A DNA stretch of 64,000 nt from Candidatus Latescibacterota bacterium (lineage in GTDB: Bacteria; Latescibacterota; UBA2968). The notes below the pieces were generated by a model that had not been told where the DNA came from, ran no database searches, and worked only from the letters and a program-made list of their open reading frames with translations. Location: positions 256,001 to 320,000 of the forward strand of contig OZ242010.1 of the NCBI GenBank assembly GCA_965204745.1. Reading direction: 5' to 3'. How positions within the stretch are numbered: the first letter of the stretch is position 1; every line of letters starts with the position of its first letter. Below, one piece after another: positions 50,117 through 60,857 of this stretch. Both the position numbers and the translations under genes were made by a program.

Positions 50117-52561
50117 CTACGGCGACCACATCGCGGCGCGGCGCGTGAACACCGAGGGATCGGCCAGCCATTCTGCGTAGCCGATGCGGCGGTTGTCCGT
50201 CAGAAAGTTGATCCGCGCATTGAGAAAGGTGAGCAACTCGGTATTTTCCGCGGCCACTGCAAAACCGCCGAGTTCAATTTGAGGGTCGAGGGCCGTCACT
50301 GCAAAGGCGTTGCCGGAATTTTGAACCGCGGTGCGGTTGCCGATCTCGCCTCGGGCGACCGCGTCTATGTTGCCATCGCGCAGGGCGTTGAGCAACGCGG
50401 TTTCGCCGGTCTCGTCGCCCAAATAAACCACTTGCGGCATGGTTTCAGAAGGCGGGTGAAGGCGTCGCCGGCCCATCAACACAGGAGATGCCCCCGCAGA
50501 GGTAATGACGTAATCCGCGCTGCCATCGGCAACCACAGTGTCCCGTGCGGTTTCCACGCGCACACCGGCGACCAAAATACCATTGTCATCGACGAGGCCC
50601 GTCAGTTCCAACAGGCGGGCCTCTCCTGTTGTACCGGCGAGAACCCCCACGCGCACGGCACTGGTCAGAGCCGCGTGGCTGGCAAGGCGTTGTGCATCTT
50701 CGGCGCGCACCAGCAGGGACTGCCGAAAGTCGATATGGCCGTCCGTGAATGCGACCACTTGGTTGCCCATCGCGTCTCGGGTTCGAGAATCGAGAATCGT
50801 AATCCCGCCGCCGACCAGATCGTATTGCGGTTCCGTGGGTTTCAACCAAATATCGGGCCACTCGGCGATGGGATGGCGGACAAAGGAGAGCCGCTCGCCT
50901 TTCATCGCTTCGAGCGCGGTCAACAGATCGGCTTCATAGCCGCGGTGTTCCCCAAATCCAGGGGACATCGGATCTGGGGTCGCGCTGTAACTGAGCGGCT
51001 CGAAAAAGGCGTAGAAGCCGACTTTGAGCATGCGTTTTTTGCCCGTGCTCGCCTGCGGATCAAAAACCTCAAACCGGTCATTCTTGACGGTCAGGATGAT
51101 CGGGGCGTAAACCGCGTCGCCATTGGCATCGAACGAGAAGTGGCCCAAAACAGTGGAGACGTCAATCGCGGCGAGCGCGTCTCTAATCGCGCTGGACTCG
51201 GTGGATTTGGCATCGGCAATGGCCTGCGCCAGAATATAGACCGAGGCATAGGATTGCGCGGTGAACGCGCCGGGTTCGCTGCCGTATTGCTCCCGGAACT
51301 TCGCAACAAAAGCGCGGTTGCCCGGTGGGTCGGCTTTGTTGGACCAGGTCGTAAAACTAATGGCCCCCTCGAGCGCGCCACCGGTTCGTAGCACGTCGTC
51401 TATGGTCATCAAGGTGACGAGGAAGGGAATGTCCGTGGAAATGCCGAGTTGCCGGGCTTGAATGGGAATTTGCGTGCGCCCAGGCGGCTGGGTCGAGATG
51501 AAGATGGCGTCGGGATTCAGGGCTTTGATGCGCGTCAATTGCGCGGACAAATCGTCGACCTCATCCGATTGGAAGGTCTCGGTGGTCAGCACCTCCACGC
51601 CGTTTGCGCGAAGGGCGGCTTTGAACACCTCGTCGCTGCTGCGGGAAAAGGCATCGGCGGCTTGGACGATGGTCGCCACCCGTTGATAGCCCAGGGCCGC
51701 TTGCGTTGTGGCGACGCCGCCGGGCAACAGGGCGTCAACAGTGAGGCTGATGCGGAAGAGATAATCCCCGAGCGCGCTGAGCCCACGCGCCGCAGAGGTC
51801 GGGCTGATCGCCACGACCTCGTTTTCTTGGGCGATGGGAAAGGCCGCTTGGGTCGCACTTGAGCTAAAGGGCCCGAGGACCGCGGCCACGCCATCTCGCG
51901 CGATCAACTTCGTGTAAGCGGCAGCCGCCCCCTCTATCGTGCTCCCGTCGTCTTCGATGATGAATTTGAGGGTTGCCCCATCGAGCATGCCCGAGCGGTT
52001 GATTTCTGCGAGGGCCATTTCAAAGCCATTTTTCATGGTCGCCCCGGTCGCGGCGATTCGCCCCGTCAGCGACAGGACGAGGCCGATGGGGATTTCGCCT
52101 TCGAGACGGGTCAGCATCGCGGAACTCGTCACGCGCGCCTTTCCGCCGATAGGCAAGTTGAGCACCGCTTCGTAGCCCGCATTGATCGGGATGCTCGACC
52201 AAGAACCGATTTCGCTTCCGCCTTGCATGGCGCGGGCGAGATAATAGCCCGTCACCTTGTCCGCCGCGATCTCCACCCGCGCTTGCCCCATCTCATCGGT
52301 CATTCCAGACCACTGATACGACGTTGCCCGGCCGGCAATGGAGCGCGAAAATTCCACCTTCGCACCGCTTACGGCCGCGCCATCTTGCGAGAGATTGACC
52401 CTCACCGCGGCGGCTTGGGATGCGTGTTCGCCCGCGGTCAATTTGCCCAGCGGAGGGCCGGCGGTTTCGGTTTGCGATTGGGTCACGCGCTCGCCGCCGC
52501 AGTGCCACATCAGGCCCGCGGCGAGGGTGAGGACGAGGATCCTGCGAATACTGCCCGACAT
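50117..52561 (-). CDS. Lipoprotein: shared N-domain + LivJ-like type I binding domain + family-3 (type II) binding domain
   Basis: LMWHC lipobox-like signal, IGLVLSLTG..DLSAQLTRIK, then KVGFYAFFEP..GYEADL. Confidence 0.8.
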   Translation of the reverse strand: MSGSIRRILVLTLAAGLMWHCGGERVTQSQTETAGPPLGKLTAGEHASQAAAVRVNLSQDGAAVSGAKVEFSRSIAGRATSYQWSGMTDEMGQARVEIAADKVTGYYLARAMQGGSEIGSWSSIPINAGYEAVLNLPIGGKARVTSSAMLTRLEGEIPIGLVLSLTGRIAATGATMKNGFEMALAEINRSGMLDGATLKFIIEDDGSTIEGAAAAYTKLIARDGVAAVLGPFSSSATQAAFPIAQENEVVAISPTSAARGLSALGDYLFRISLTVDALLPGGVATTQAALGYQRVATIVQAADAFSRSSDEVFKAALRANGVEVLTTETFQSDEVDDLSAQLTRIKALNPDAIFISTQPPGRTQIPIQARQLGISTDIPFLVTLMTIDDVLRTGGALEGAISFTTWSNKADPPGNRAFVAKFREQYGSEPGAFTAQSYASVYILAQAIADAKSTESSAIRDALAAIDVSTVLGHFSFDANGDAVYAPIILTVKNDRFEVFDPQASTGKKRMLKVGFYAFFEPLSYSATPDPMSPGFGEHRGYEADLLTALEAMKGERLSFVRHPIAEWPDIWLKPTEPQYDLVGGGITILDSRTRDAMGNQVVAFTDGHIDFRQSLLVRAEDAQRLASHAALTSAVRVGVLAGTTGEARLLELTGLVDDNGILVAGVRVETARDTVVADGSADYVITSAGASPVLMGRRRLHPPSETMPQVVYLGDETGETALLNALRDGNIDAVARGEIGNRTAVQNSGNAFAVTALDPQIELGGFAVAAENTELLTFLNARINFLTDNRRIGYAEWLADPSVFTRRAAMWSP

Positions 52562-52574
52562 AAGTGCCTCCTGT

Positions 52575-54080
52575 TTACGGCTCGAAAACCTCGAATTTGC
52601 CATTCTCTACGATCAAAGTAACCGCGTTGTGAATCCCGTCGCCCTGGGCGTCGAACGAGAAGTCGCCCAAAATGGTGGGTACATCGCGGAGTTTTGCCAA
52701 GGCGTCTCGAATCGCGCTCGCATCCGTCGATTGGGCATCGGCGATGGCCTTTGCCAAGAGGTGGACAGAGGTGTAAGACTGCGCGGTGAACGCATCGGGT
52801 TCGTCGCCAAATTTCGCGCGATAATTTTCGATGAAAGCGCGATTGCCCGGGGTATCGGCCTTTTCGCTCCAAAGCGCGATAGTAATTGCCCCCTCGGCGG
52901 CATCCCCCGCGCGTTGGACTTCGCCGATGACCAGGGTGGGGCAAATAAATGGAATCTCAAAGGGAATGCCGAGTTGGCGGCCTTGGATCATGATTTCGGG
53001 CATCTCGGTGGGCAAAGCCGAGAGGGAAATGGCGTCGATGTTCGCCTCTTTTATGCGCGTCAATTGCGCGGAAAAGTCGGTATCACCCGTTTGAAAGGTT
53101 TCCGAGATCAGCACCTCTACGCCATTGTCTCTGAACGCTTTCTTGAACGCCGCGTCGCTGCCTTGGGAAAAGACATCATCTCTGTCGTATAGCGTTGCCA
53201 CGCGCCGATAGCCGAGGGCCTGTTGCGTGGTCGCAACGCCGCTGGGCAAAAGCCGATCCACTGACAGGCTGGTGCGAAAGACAAAATCGCCTATCGCGCT
53301 GAGGCCGGGTGCGTTAGAGGTCGGGCTGATCACCACGACCCCATGTTCTTGCGCGATGGGAAAGACCGCTTTGCCCATCGTCGATGTATAAGGGCCGAGG
53401 ATGATGGACACGCCATCGCGATCAATCAGGGTGTTGAAAGCGGCGATTGCCCCTTCTGCGGTGCTTTCGTCGTCCTCGATGATGAATCGGATACGCGCCC
53501 CGTTGAGCAATGATGAGCGGTTGACTTCTTCGCGCGCGAGTTCAAAGCCATTGTTTATCGGGATGCCCGTCGATGTGAGGCTACCCGTGAGCGAGACGAC
53601 GAGGCCAATGGAATGGAAACGGGGCAACATCGGTGAACTCGTCACGCGCGCCTTTCCGCCGATAGGCAAGTTGAGCATCACTTCGTAGCCCGCATTGATC
53701 GGGATGCTCGACCACGAATCGATGCGACTGATGCGGCCTCCCATGTCCCGCAAGGCACGCGCGAGATAATAGCCCGTCACATTGTCGGCGGCGATCTCCA
53801 CCCGCGCTCGCCCCATCTCATCGGTCATTCCAGACCACTGATACGATGCGGACCGCCCGGCGATAGAGCGCGAAAACTCTACGATAGCGCCGCTTACGGC
53901 TGCGCCATCTCGCGAGAGATTGACCCGCACCACGGCTTTGGATCCACTGCTCGCGGTCAATTTGCCCAGCGGAGGGCCGGCGGTTTCGGTTTGCGATTGG
54001 GTCACGCGCTCGCCGCCGCAGTGCCACATCAGGCCCGCGGCGAGGGCGATGACAGCGATATCGCGAATGTTTTTCAACAT
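52575..54080 (-). CDS. Lipoprotein with one LivJ-like solute-binding domain
   Basis: Same N-domain; GDTDFSAQLTRIK. Confidence 0.85.
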   Translation of the reverse strand: MLKNIRDIAVIALAAGLMWHCGGERVTQSQTETAGPPLGKLTASSGSKAVVRVNLSRDGAAVSGAIVEFSRSIAGRSASYQWSGMTDEMGRARVEIAADNVTGYYLARALRDMGGRISRIDSWSSIPINAGYEVMLNLPIGGKARVTSSPMLPRFHSIGLVVSLTGSLTSTGIPINNGFELAREEVNRSSLLNGARIRFIIEDDESTAEGAIAAFNTLIDRDGVSIILGPYTSTMGKAVFPIAQEHGVVVISPTSNAPGLSAIGDFVFRTSLSVDRLLPSGVATTQQALGYRRVATLYDRDDVFSQGSDAAFKKAFRDNGVEVLISETFQTGDTDFSAQLTRIKEANIDAISLSALPTEMPEIMIQGRQLGIPFEIPFICPTLVIGEVQRAGDAAEGAITIALWSEKADTPGNRAFIENYRAKFGDEPDAFTAQSYTSVHLLAKAIADAQSTDASAIRDALAKLRDVPTILGDFSFDAQGDGIHNAVTLIVENGKFEVFEP

Positions 54081-54097
54081 GGGACCTCTCATCTGAT

Positions 54098-56635
54098 TCA
54101 CATACCGAAAACCTCAAACGCGCCATTTTTGACGATCAGGATCGTCGGGGCGTAGATCCCGTCGCCATTGGCGTCAAATGAGAATTGGCCCAAGACCGTG
54201 TCCAAATCCATCGTCGAGGCCAAGGCGTCTCGAATCGCGCTCGCATCGGTCGATGAGGCAGTGGCGATAGCCCGCGCCAAGATGTGCATCGCGGCGTATG
54301 ATTGCGCGGCGAACACGCTGGGTTCACGGTCGTATTTCGCGCTGTAATTCTCGACGAAAGCGCGGTTGCCCGGAGTAGCCGCCATGCTGCTCCACGCGGC
54401 AAATACAATTACGTCCTCGGCAGCGTCCCCTGCGCGTTGAATGACGTCGGGCGTCAGGATCAGCGGGACGATAAAACGCACCGTGCTGGGAATGCCCTGT
54501 TGCCGACCTTGCATCAAAACCGCGGCCATTTCCCGTTCTTGGGTGGAGACAAAGACCGCATCGGGATTCAGGTCTTTTATTTTTTTCCACTGCGCGGAGA
54601 AGTCGGTATCGCCCGCTCGCAGGGTCTCGGTGGTCAGCACCTCCACGCCATTGTCCATGAAGACTTCTTTGAGCACCGCGTCGCTGCTTCGGGAATAGGC
54701 ATCGGTATCGTCGAATATCGTCGCCACGCGCCGATAGCCCAAAGCCGCTCGCGTTGCTTGCACGCCGCTGGGGATGAGCCGGTCCACGGTGAGGCTGGTG
54801 CGAAAGACGTAATCCCCCATCGCGCTTAGCCCACGCGCCGCAGAGGTGGGGCTGATCGCCACGACCCCATTTTCTTGCGCGACTGCAAGGGCCTCGCGGA
54901 ACACCGTTGAGGTACGAGGGCCCAGGATGACCTGCACGCCTTGGGCGATCAACTTATCGTAAGCCGCAATAGCACCCGCTGGGGTACTCCGGCTGTCTTC
55001 GACGATGAACTCGAGTCTGGCATCGGCGTGCAATTTGTCGATCTCGGCGAGGGCGAGTTCCGCAGCATTTTGCAATTCGGTCTCGGCGAGCGGCCCGGTC
55101 AGGTGCGGGACGAGGCCAATGGCAATCGCGCTGGGCGAGGGCTTGAACGCCTCGAGTTTGCCATCCTTGACGATCAGCACAGCCGGATCGTACACCCCAT
55201 CGCCATTGGCATCAAAAGAGAACTGGCCCAACACCGTGTCAAACTCCTCGATCCTCGCCAGCGCGTCTCGAATCGCGCTCGCCTCTGTCGATTGGGCATC
55301 GGCGAGGGCCTTTGCCAAGAGATGGACAGTCGCATGAGATTGCGCGGCGAACACATCGGGCTCACTGCCGAATTTCGCTCGGTAATTCTCGACAAAGGCG
55401 CGATTGCCCGGCGTATCCGCCGTACTGCTCCAGGCGGTAAACGCAACTGCCCCCTCGGCGGCGTCACCGGCGCGTTGGATTTCGCCAGCGGTCAGGGTCA
55501 GGCTCGTCAGAAAGGGCACCTCGGCGGGAATGCCCAGTTGCCGCCCTTGGATCAAAATATTGGTCGCCTCTGTGGGCAATGCGGAGATGAAGATGGCATC
55601 GGGATTCATCTCTTTGATCCGCGTCAATTGCGCGGAGAAGTCGGTATCGCCGGTTTGGAAGGTCTCGGTGGTCAGCACCTCCACGTCATTGTCCATGAAG
55701 GCTTCCTTGAGCACCGCGTCGCTGCTTTGGGAAAAGACGTCGTCGCTATCGTATAGGGTCGCCACTTGCCGATAGCCGAGGGCCTTTTGCGTGGTCGCAA
55801 CGCCGCTGGGCAATAGCCGGTCCACGGTGAGGCTGGCGCGAAAGACGTAATCGCCTAGCGCGCTGAGGCCACGCGCCGCAGAGGTCGGGCTGATCGCCAC
55901 CACTTCATTTGCTTGCGCGAGGGGAAAAATCGCTTGGGTCATGCTCGAGGTAAAAGGGCCGATGATGATGGACACGCCGTCTCGATTGATCAACTTGTCG
56001 TAAACTGTGGTTGCACCCGCGACGGAGCTTTGGTCGTCTTCGATGATAAATCGGAGACTCGCCTCGCCGAGTTGGGTGGATCGATTGATTTCTTCGCGCG
56101 CGAGTTCGATGCCATTTCTCATCGTGGAGACGGACGCCAGGGGCCCCGTCAGCGACGTGATGACGCCAATGGAAATCTCGCCCATGAGCATTTTCGATGA
56201 TCCGGTCGCGCGCGCTTTTCCACCGATAGGCAAATTGAGCATCACTTGGTAGCCCGCGTTGATCGGAATGCTCGACCACGAATCGATCTCGCTTCCGTCT
56301 CGCATGGCGCGAGCGCGATAATAGCCCGTCACATTGTCGGCTGCGATCTCCACGCGCGCCTGCCCGTTCTCATCCGTCACTCCAGACCACTGATAGGACG
56401 CTGCTCGCCCGGCAATGGCGCGCGAAAATTCCACCTTCGCACCGCTTACGGGCGCGCCATCTTGCGAGAGATTGACCCTCACCACGGCTTGGGATGCGTG
56501 ACCGCGTGCGGTCAATTTGCCCAGCGGGGGGCCTGTCGTTTCGGGTTGCGATTGGGTCACGCGCTCGCCGCCACAGTGCCACATCAGGCCCGCGGCGAGG
56601 GTGAGGACGAGGATACTGCGAATCCTGCACAACAT
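54098..56635 (-). CDS. Lipoprotein with two tandem LivJ-like solute-binding domains
   Basis: Same N-domain; two GDTDFSAQ domains. Confidence 0.85.
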   Translation of the reverse strand: MLCRIRSILVLTLAAGLMWHCGGERVTQSQPETTGPPLGKLTARGHASQAVVRVNLSQDGAPVSGAKVEFSRAIAGRAASYQWSGVTDENGQARVEIAADNVTGYYRARAMRDGSEIDSWSSIPINAGYQVMLNLPIGGKARATGSSKMLMGEISIGVITSLTGPLASVSTMRNGIELAREEINRSTQLGEASLRFIIEDDQSSVAGATTVYDKLINRDGVSIIIGPFTSSMTQAIFPLAQANEVVAISPTSAARGLSALGDYVFRASLTVDRLLPSGVATTQKALGYRQVATLYDSDDVFSQSSDAVLKEAFMDNDVEVLTTETFQTGDTDFSAQLTRIKEMNPDAIFISALPTEATNILIQGRQLGIPAEVPFLTSLTLTAGEIQRAGDAAEGAVAFTAWSSTADTPGNRAFVENYRAKFGSEPDVFAAQSHATVHLLAKALADAQSTEASAIRDALARIEEFDTVLGQFSFDANGDGVYDPAVLIVKDGKLEAFKPSPSAIAIGLVPHLTGPLAETELQNAAELALAEIDKLHADARLEFIVEDSRSTPAGAIAAYDKLIAQGVQVILGPRTSTVFREALAVAQENGVVAISPTSAARGLSAMGDYVFRTSLTVDRLIPSGVQATRAALGYRRVATIFDDTDAYSRSSDAVLKEVFMDNGVEVLTTETLRAGDTDFSAQWKKIKDLNPDAVFVSTQEREMAAVLMQGRQQGIPSTVRFIVPLILTPDVIQRAGDAAEDVIVFAAWSSMAATPGNRAFVENYSAKYDREPSVFAAQSYAAMHILARAIATASSTDASAIRDALASTMDLDTVLGQFSFDANGDGIYAPTILIVKNGAFEVFGM

Positions 56636-56670
56636 AATTGCCTCCTGTAAATGTTGGGTGAACGCTCGTT

Positions 56671-57180
56671 TTATTTTGCCAACGCGCCCTTTTGATCTTT
56701 GTTGAGTTTCCACGTATCCACCACGCCGTTTGAATAGGTGATGGTGAGTTGTGGGCCGATAAATTCAAACTCGGCCCCATTGTCGTGCGTGAGGGTGACG
56801 CGCGCGTCGTCAGAGGTGATTTGCCCGGTGCCGCTTTTGGGGGTCGTGTCGTAAGTGTCGTTGGAGGTCCCGGCGCCTACATCGCCAATTCTGAGTTTGG
56901 ATCGATAGGTAAATGCCGCGTCCTGAAGGTCGTACACGCGGTCGATGATGCGGATGCTCTGCTTGTCATCCGTCACGGAGAGATGCACGCGCGCTTGGGT
57001 GGGCGAGGTTGGAAACCACTCGATGAGGCCGCTGATTTGGGGGCTTTGGACGATTTCGCCCGGGGCGTGTTTGCGCGATTCCAAAAACCACGTTCCGCGA
57101 AGTTCGGCTTGGTATTTGGTGTCGTCGCTGCAACCGATTAAAAAGGCGCAAAGAACGAGTGTGAGGGTTGTACGCACCAT
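56671..57180 (-). CDS. Hypothetical lipoprotein (lipocalin-like)
   Basis: LIGC lipobox, LRGTW motif. Confidence 0.65.
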   Translation of the reverse strand: MVRTTLTLVLCAFLIGCSDDTKYQAELRGTWFLESRKHAPGEIVQSPQISGLIEWFPTSPTQARVHLSVTDDKQSIRIIDRVYDLQDAAFTYRSKLRIGDVGAGTSNDTYDTTPKSGTGQITSDDARVTLTHDNGAEFEFIGPQLTITYSNGVVDTWKLNKDQKGALAK

Positions 57181-57469
57181 AAAAATCTCCTGTCAAAAGT
57201 CAATGCTGGCAAAGCGAAACGACCATATCTCGTCGCGAAACAATAAAGCAGGAATCATGGCCTTGTCAAGAATAAATCAAAGGTTGGGGTTGTTTCCGAC
57301 GAATTCTCGTTCTATATTCTAACCTTTGTCAATGGTTCGGAATTTTTTGGCATTTGCCACAGCAGGCACAAAGGTTTGCGGTCAGTGGGATAATCCCCAT
57401 GTTTGAACGGGCTGTCGCCAGGCCCCGCTCGTGGCTTGTTTGTACAATTCCAACGAGGAGCACAAACCG

Positions 57470-60400
57470 ATGAAATCACTTCTTCGGTTCGCCTTGCCAA
57501 GTGTGTTGGGCATCGCGTTGCTCTGCGGCGCGTCTATCGCACAGGCTTCTTCGCCATCCGCAGAGCGCGAGGTGCATGTTTGCAAAGTTCTCGATTACGA
57601 AGCCATGCGAGCACGCGATAGCCTGTACGCCGCACGCAAGCAGGCGTTTAACCTAAATGTCGGCGCGCCACACACGGTTCGGATGATCTACTTCTTGCCC
57701 AATGACCGGCCGTTTCGCCAAGAAGTGGTCGATTCGATGAAAACGACGATCCGCCAGATTCAGACTTTTTTCCGCGATCAGATGCGAGCACATGGACATG
57801 GGGCGCTGACCTTTCGCTTTGAAACCGATGCCCAAGGCGACCCGCTGGTTCACCGCGTAGATGGGCAACATCCCGATAGCCGCTACATTTACGACACGCT
57901 CACTGCGTTTGACGAGGTTGGAATGGCATTTGATATCTGGAACAATGTTTATCTCATCGTCGTTGACAATAGTGTAGATGCAATTGTCTTGGATGGTTTC
58001 GTTGTGGCAGGCGTGGCCACGGGTGAAAGAAATGGTGGCCATACATTGGTTCCTGGGGGATTTCACTGGACTGTCGCCACCCATGAACTTGGACATGCTT
58101 TCGGATTGAAACACGATTTCAATAATGATGCGTACATCATACCGGCCAAGCCAATTATCCACATGCCATGCCGAATATTTGTCCATGCATCCCTTCTTCA
58201 ATGCCGCTATTCCAGACGTAGCGACATCGCTACCGACTATCGAACTCATTTCATCGCCTTTCTATTCGGCAGACGCAAAAAGCGTTTCTATCCGACTCAG
58301 AGTTGGCGCCCCAAATGGACTTCATCAAGTAATCCTAGGCGTTTACCCAAGAATCTTTGGAACAGGTGAGTTGAAGGCATGTCGCGAATTAAATGGCGAA
58401 AGGGATGCTGTAGTTCAATTCGATTATGATGGCGTTATTCCAGGTGATAGAAACTCAAATCTCTTGAATCCCCACACGAATCGGTTTTATGCCGTGGTCG
58501 TTGATATTTTTGGATATATAAAGGTAACGGAGTCAGATTTTTCTTGCGCGAATTGTCCGATATCGCTGACAAAAATCGCAGGCGACAACCAGCAAGGCCG
58601 CCCCGGTGAAACCCTGACAAATCCTCTGGCCGTTGCCGTGAGGGATAAAGACAGGGTTGGGCTACAAGGTATGCCGATCAAGTTTTCTATCACCTCAGGC
58701 GAGGGAGAGCTCGGAGGTAGGTTCACTACGGAGAACGCAACCACCGATGCCAATGGCAGAGCGCGAAGCAAGCTCACACTGGGGCCAAATTCGGGCACAA
58801 ACACGATTGAGGCAACGACCACTGGGCTTAAGGTGACTTTTAATGCTCGGGGTATCGGAACACCTACGACACCGATTCCAGCGATCAATTATCAGACGGC
58901 GCATTTACCCGATGGCGCGATGGCGCGCTTGGGAAAAGGGAATTTGAGTGAAAGCGATAGAGCAGTTGCATTTTCGCCGGATGGGCAACTCTTCGCGGTG
59001 GCAAGTGGCATTGGCGTTTGGCTTTATGACGCGACGACTGCTCGTGAACTCGCGTTGCTCACCGGGCACTCAAACCGATCTATTTCCGTTTCGTTTTCCC
59101 CCGACAGCAGAACGCTCGCGTCAGGCTCAGGGGATGGAACGGTCAAACTATGGGATGTGGCAACGAGACAAACTATCGCCACGCTGACGGGACATACTGA
59201 TTTTGTCACTTCTGTTGCATTTTCGCCCGATGGAACCACCCTCGCGGTTGCTGGAGCAAGGGATAGAACGGTCGAGTTGTGGGATGTGGCGACGAGACAG
59301 ACTATCGCCACGCTGACGGGACATACTGATCATGTCACTTCCGTTGCATTTTCACCCGATAGCAGAACCCTCGCATCAGGCTCATGGGATAGAACGGTCG
59401 TGCTGTGGAATGTGGCGACGAGACGGACTATCGCCACGTTGACAGGACATACAGATCATGTCACTTCCGTTGCGTTTTCACGCGATAGCAGAACCCTCGC
59501 GTCTGGCTCATGGGATAGAACGGTCAAGTTGTGGAATGTGGCGACGAGACGAACTATCGCCACGCTGACGGAACAAAAAAATAATGTCACTTCCGTGGCA
59601 TTTTCACGCAATGGAACAACCCTCGCGTCCGGCTCATGGGAGGAGGTCAAGCTGTGGGATGTAACAACGAGACAAAACATCGCCACGCTGACGGGACATA
59701 CAGATTTTGTCACTTCCGTTTCGTTTTCCCTTGATGAAACAACCCTCGCGTCCGGCTCAAGGGGGGAGGTCAAGCTGTGGGATACCAAGACAGAAAATAA
59801 TGTCACACGCAGTCATACGAGCAATGTCACTTCTGTTTTGTTTTCTCCTGATGGAGCAACCCTCGCGTCCGGCTCATGGGATAGAACGGTCAAGTTGTGG
59901 GATGTGGCGACAAGACGAACCAACGCCACGCTGACAGGACATACAAGTCAGGTCAATTCCATTTCATTTTCACGCGATGGCAGAACCCTCGCGTCCGGCT
60001 CATGGGATGAGATCAAGCTGTGGGATGTGGCAACGAGACGGACTATCGCCACGCTTGCAGGGGCGGGATCTTCCGTTTCGTTTTCTCCTGATGGGGCCAC
60101 CCTCGCGTCCGGCTCATGGGAGGAGATCAAGTTGTGGGATGTGGCGACGAGACGGACTATCGCCACGCTGACAGGACATACAGATCATGTCAATTCCGTT
60201 GCATTTTCCCCTAATGGAACAACCCTCGCGTCTGGATCGGGAGATAGAACGGTCAGGCTGTGGGATGTGGCAGCGAGGCGAACTATCGCCACGCTGACAG
60301 GACATACAAATCAGGTCAATTCCGTTTCGTTTTCCCCCGATGGAACCACCCTCGCGTCCGGCTCATGGGATGAGATCAAGTTGTGGGATGTAGCGACGAG

Positions 60401-60836
60401 ACAGACTATCGCCACGTTTGAACAGGTGAGCTCTTCCGTTTCGTTTTCCCCTGATGGGGCCACCCTCGTGTCAGGCTCATGGGCGGGGATCGAGTTGTGG
60501 GATGTGGCAACGAGACAATCCATCGCCACGCTGACAGGACATACGAGCAATGTCACGTTTTCCCCCGATGGTAGAACGCTTGCTTCGGGGTCGGATAATG
60601 GCACGGTGTTGCTATGGGATATATCGCCGTATGCCACATCTTCCTCGTCACTGACGCCGGATTTCAATGGCGATGGGCGGGTCAATTTCCCCGACTTTTT
60701 GTTGTTCGCCGCGCAATTCGGATTGCGTCGCGGCGACGCGAGCTACGATGCGCGGTTCGATTTGGATGGCGATGGCACAATCGGCTTCGGCGATTTCCTG
60801 CGCTTCGCCCGCGCCTTCGGCCGGGAAGGATCATGA
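57470..60836 (+). pseudogene. Secreted zinc metalloprotease-Ig-WD40-EF-hand/dockerin protein, frameshifted at ~58140
   Basis: Signal peptide and HELGHAFGLKH in ORF 57470; Ig-like domain, ~14 WD40 repeats and DFNGDG tail in ORF 58125-60836; frame switch right after DAYI. Confidence 0.8.
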
Positions 60837-60857
60837 CAGCTTCTAAGGAGACCTGCG

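Noticed and set aside
59040-60620. DGR or CRISPR-like repeats in the WD40 region
   Set aside because: In-frame protein repeats; no reverse transcriptase and no adenine-specific template/variable pair seen
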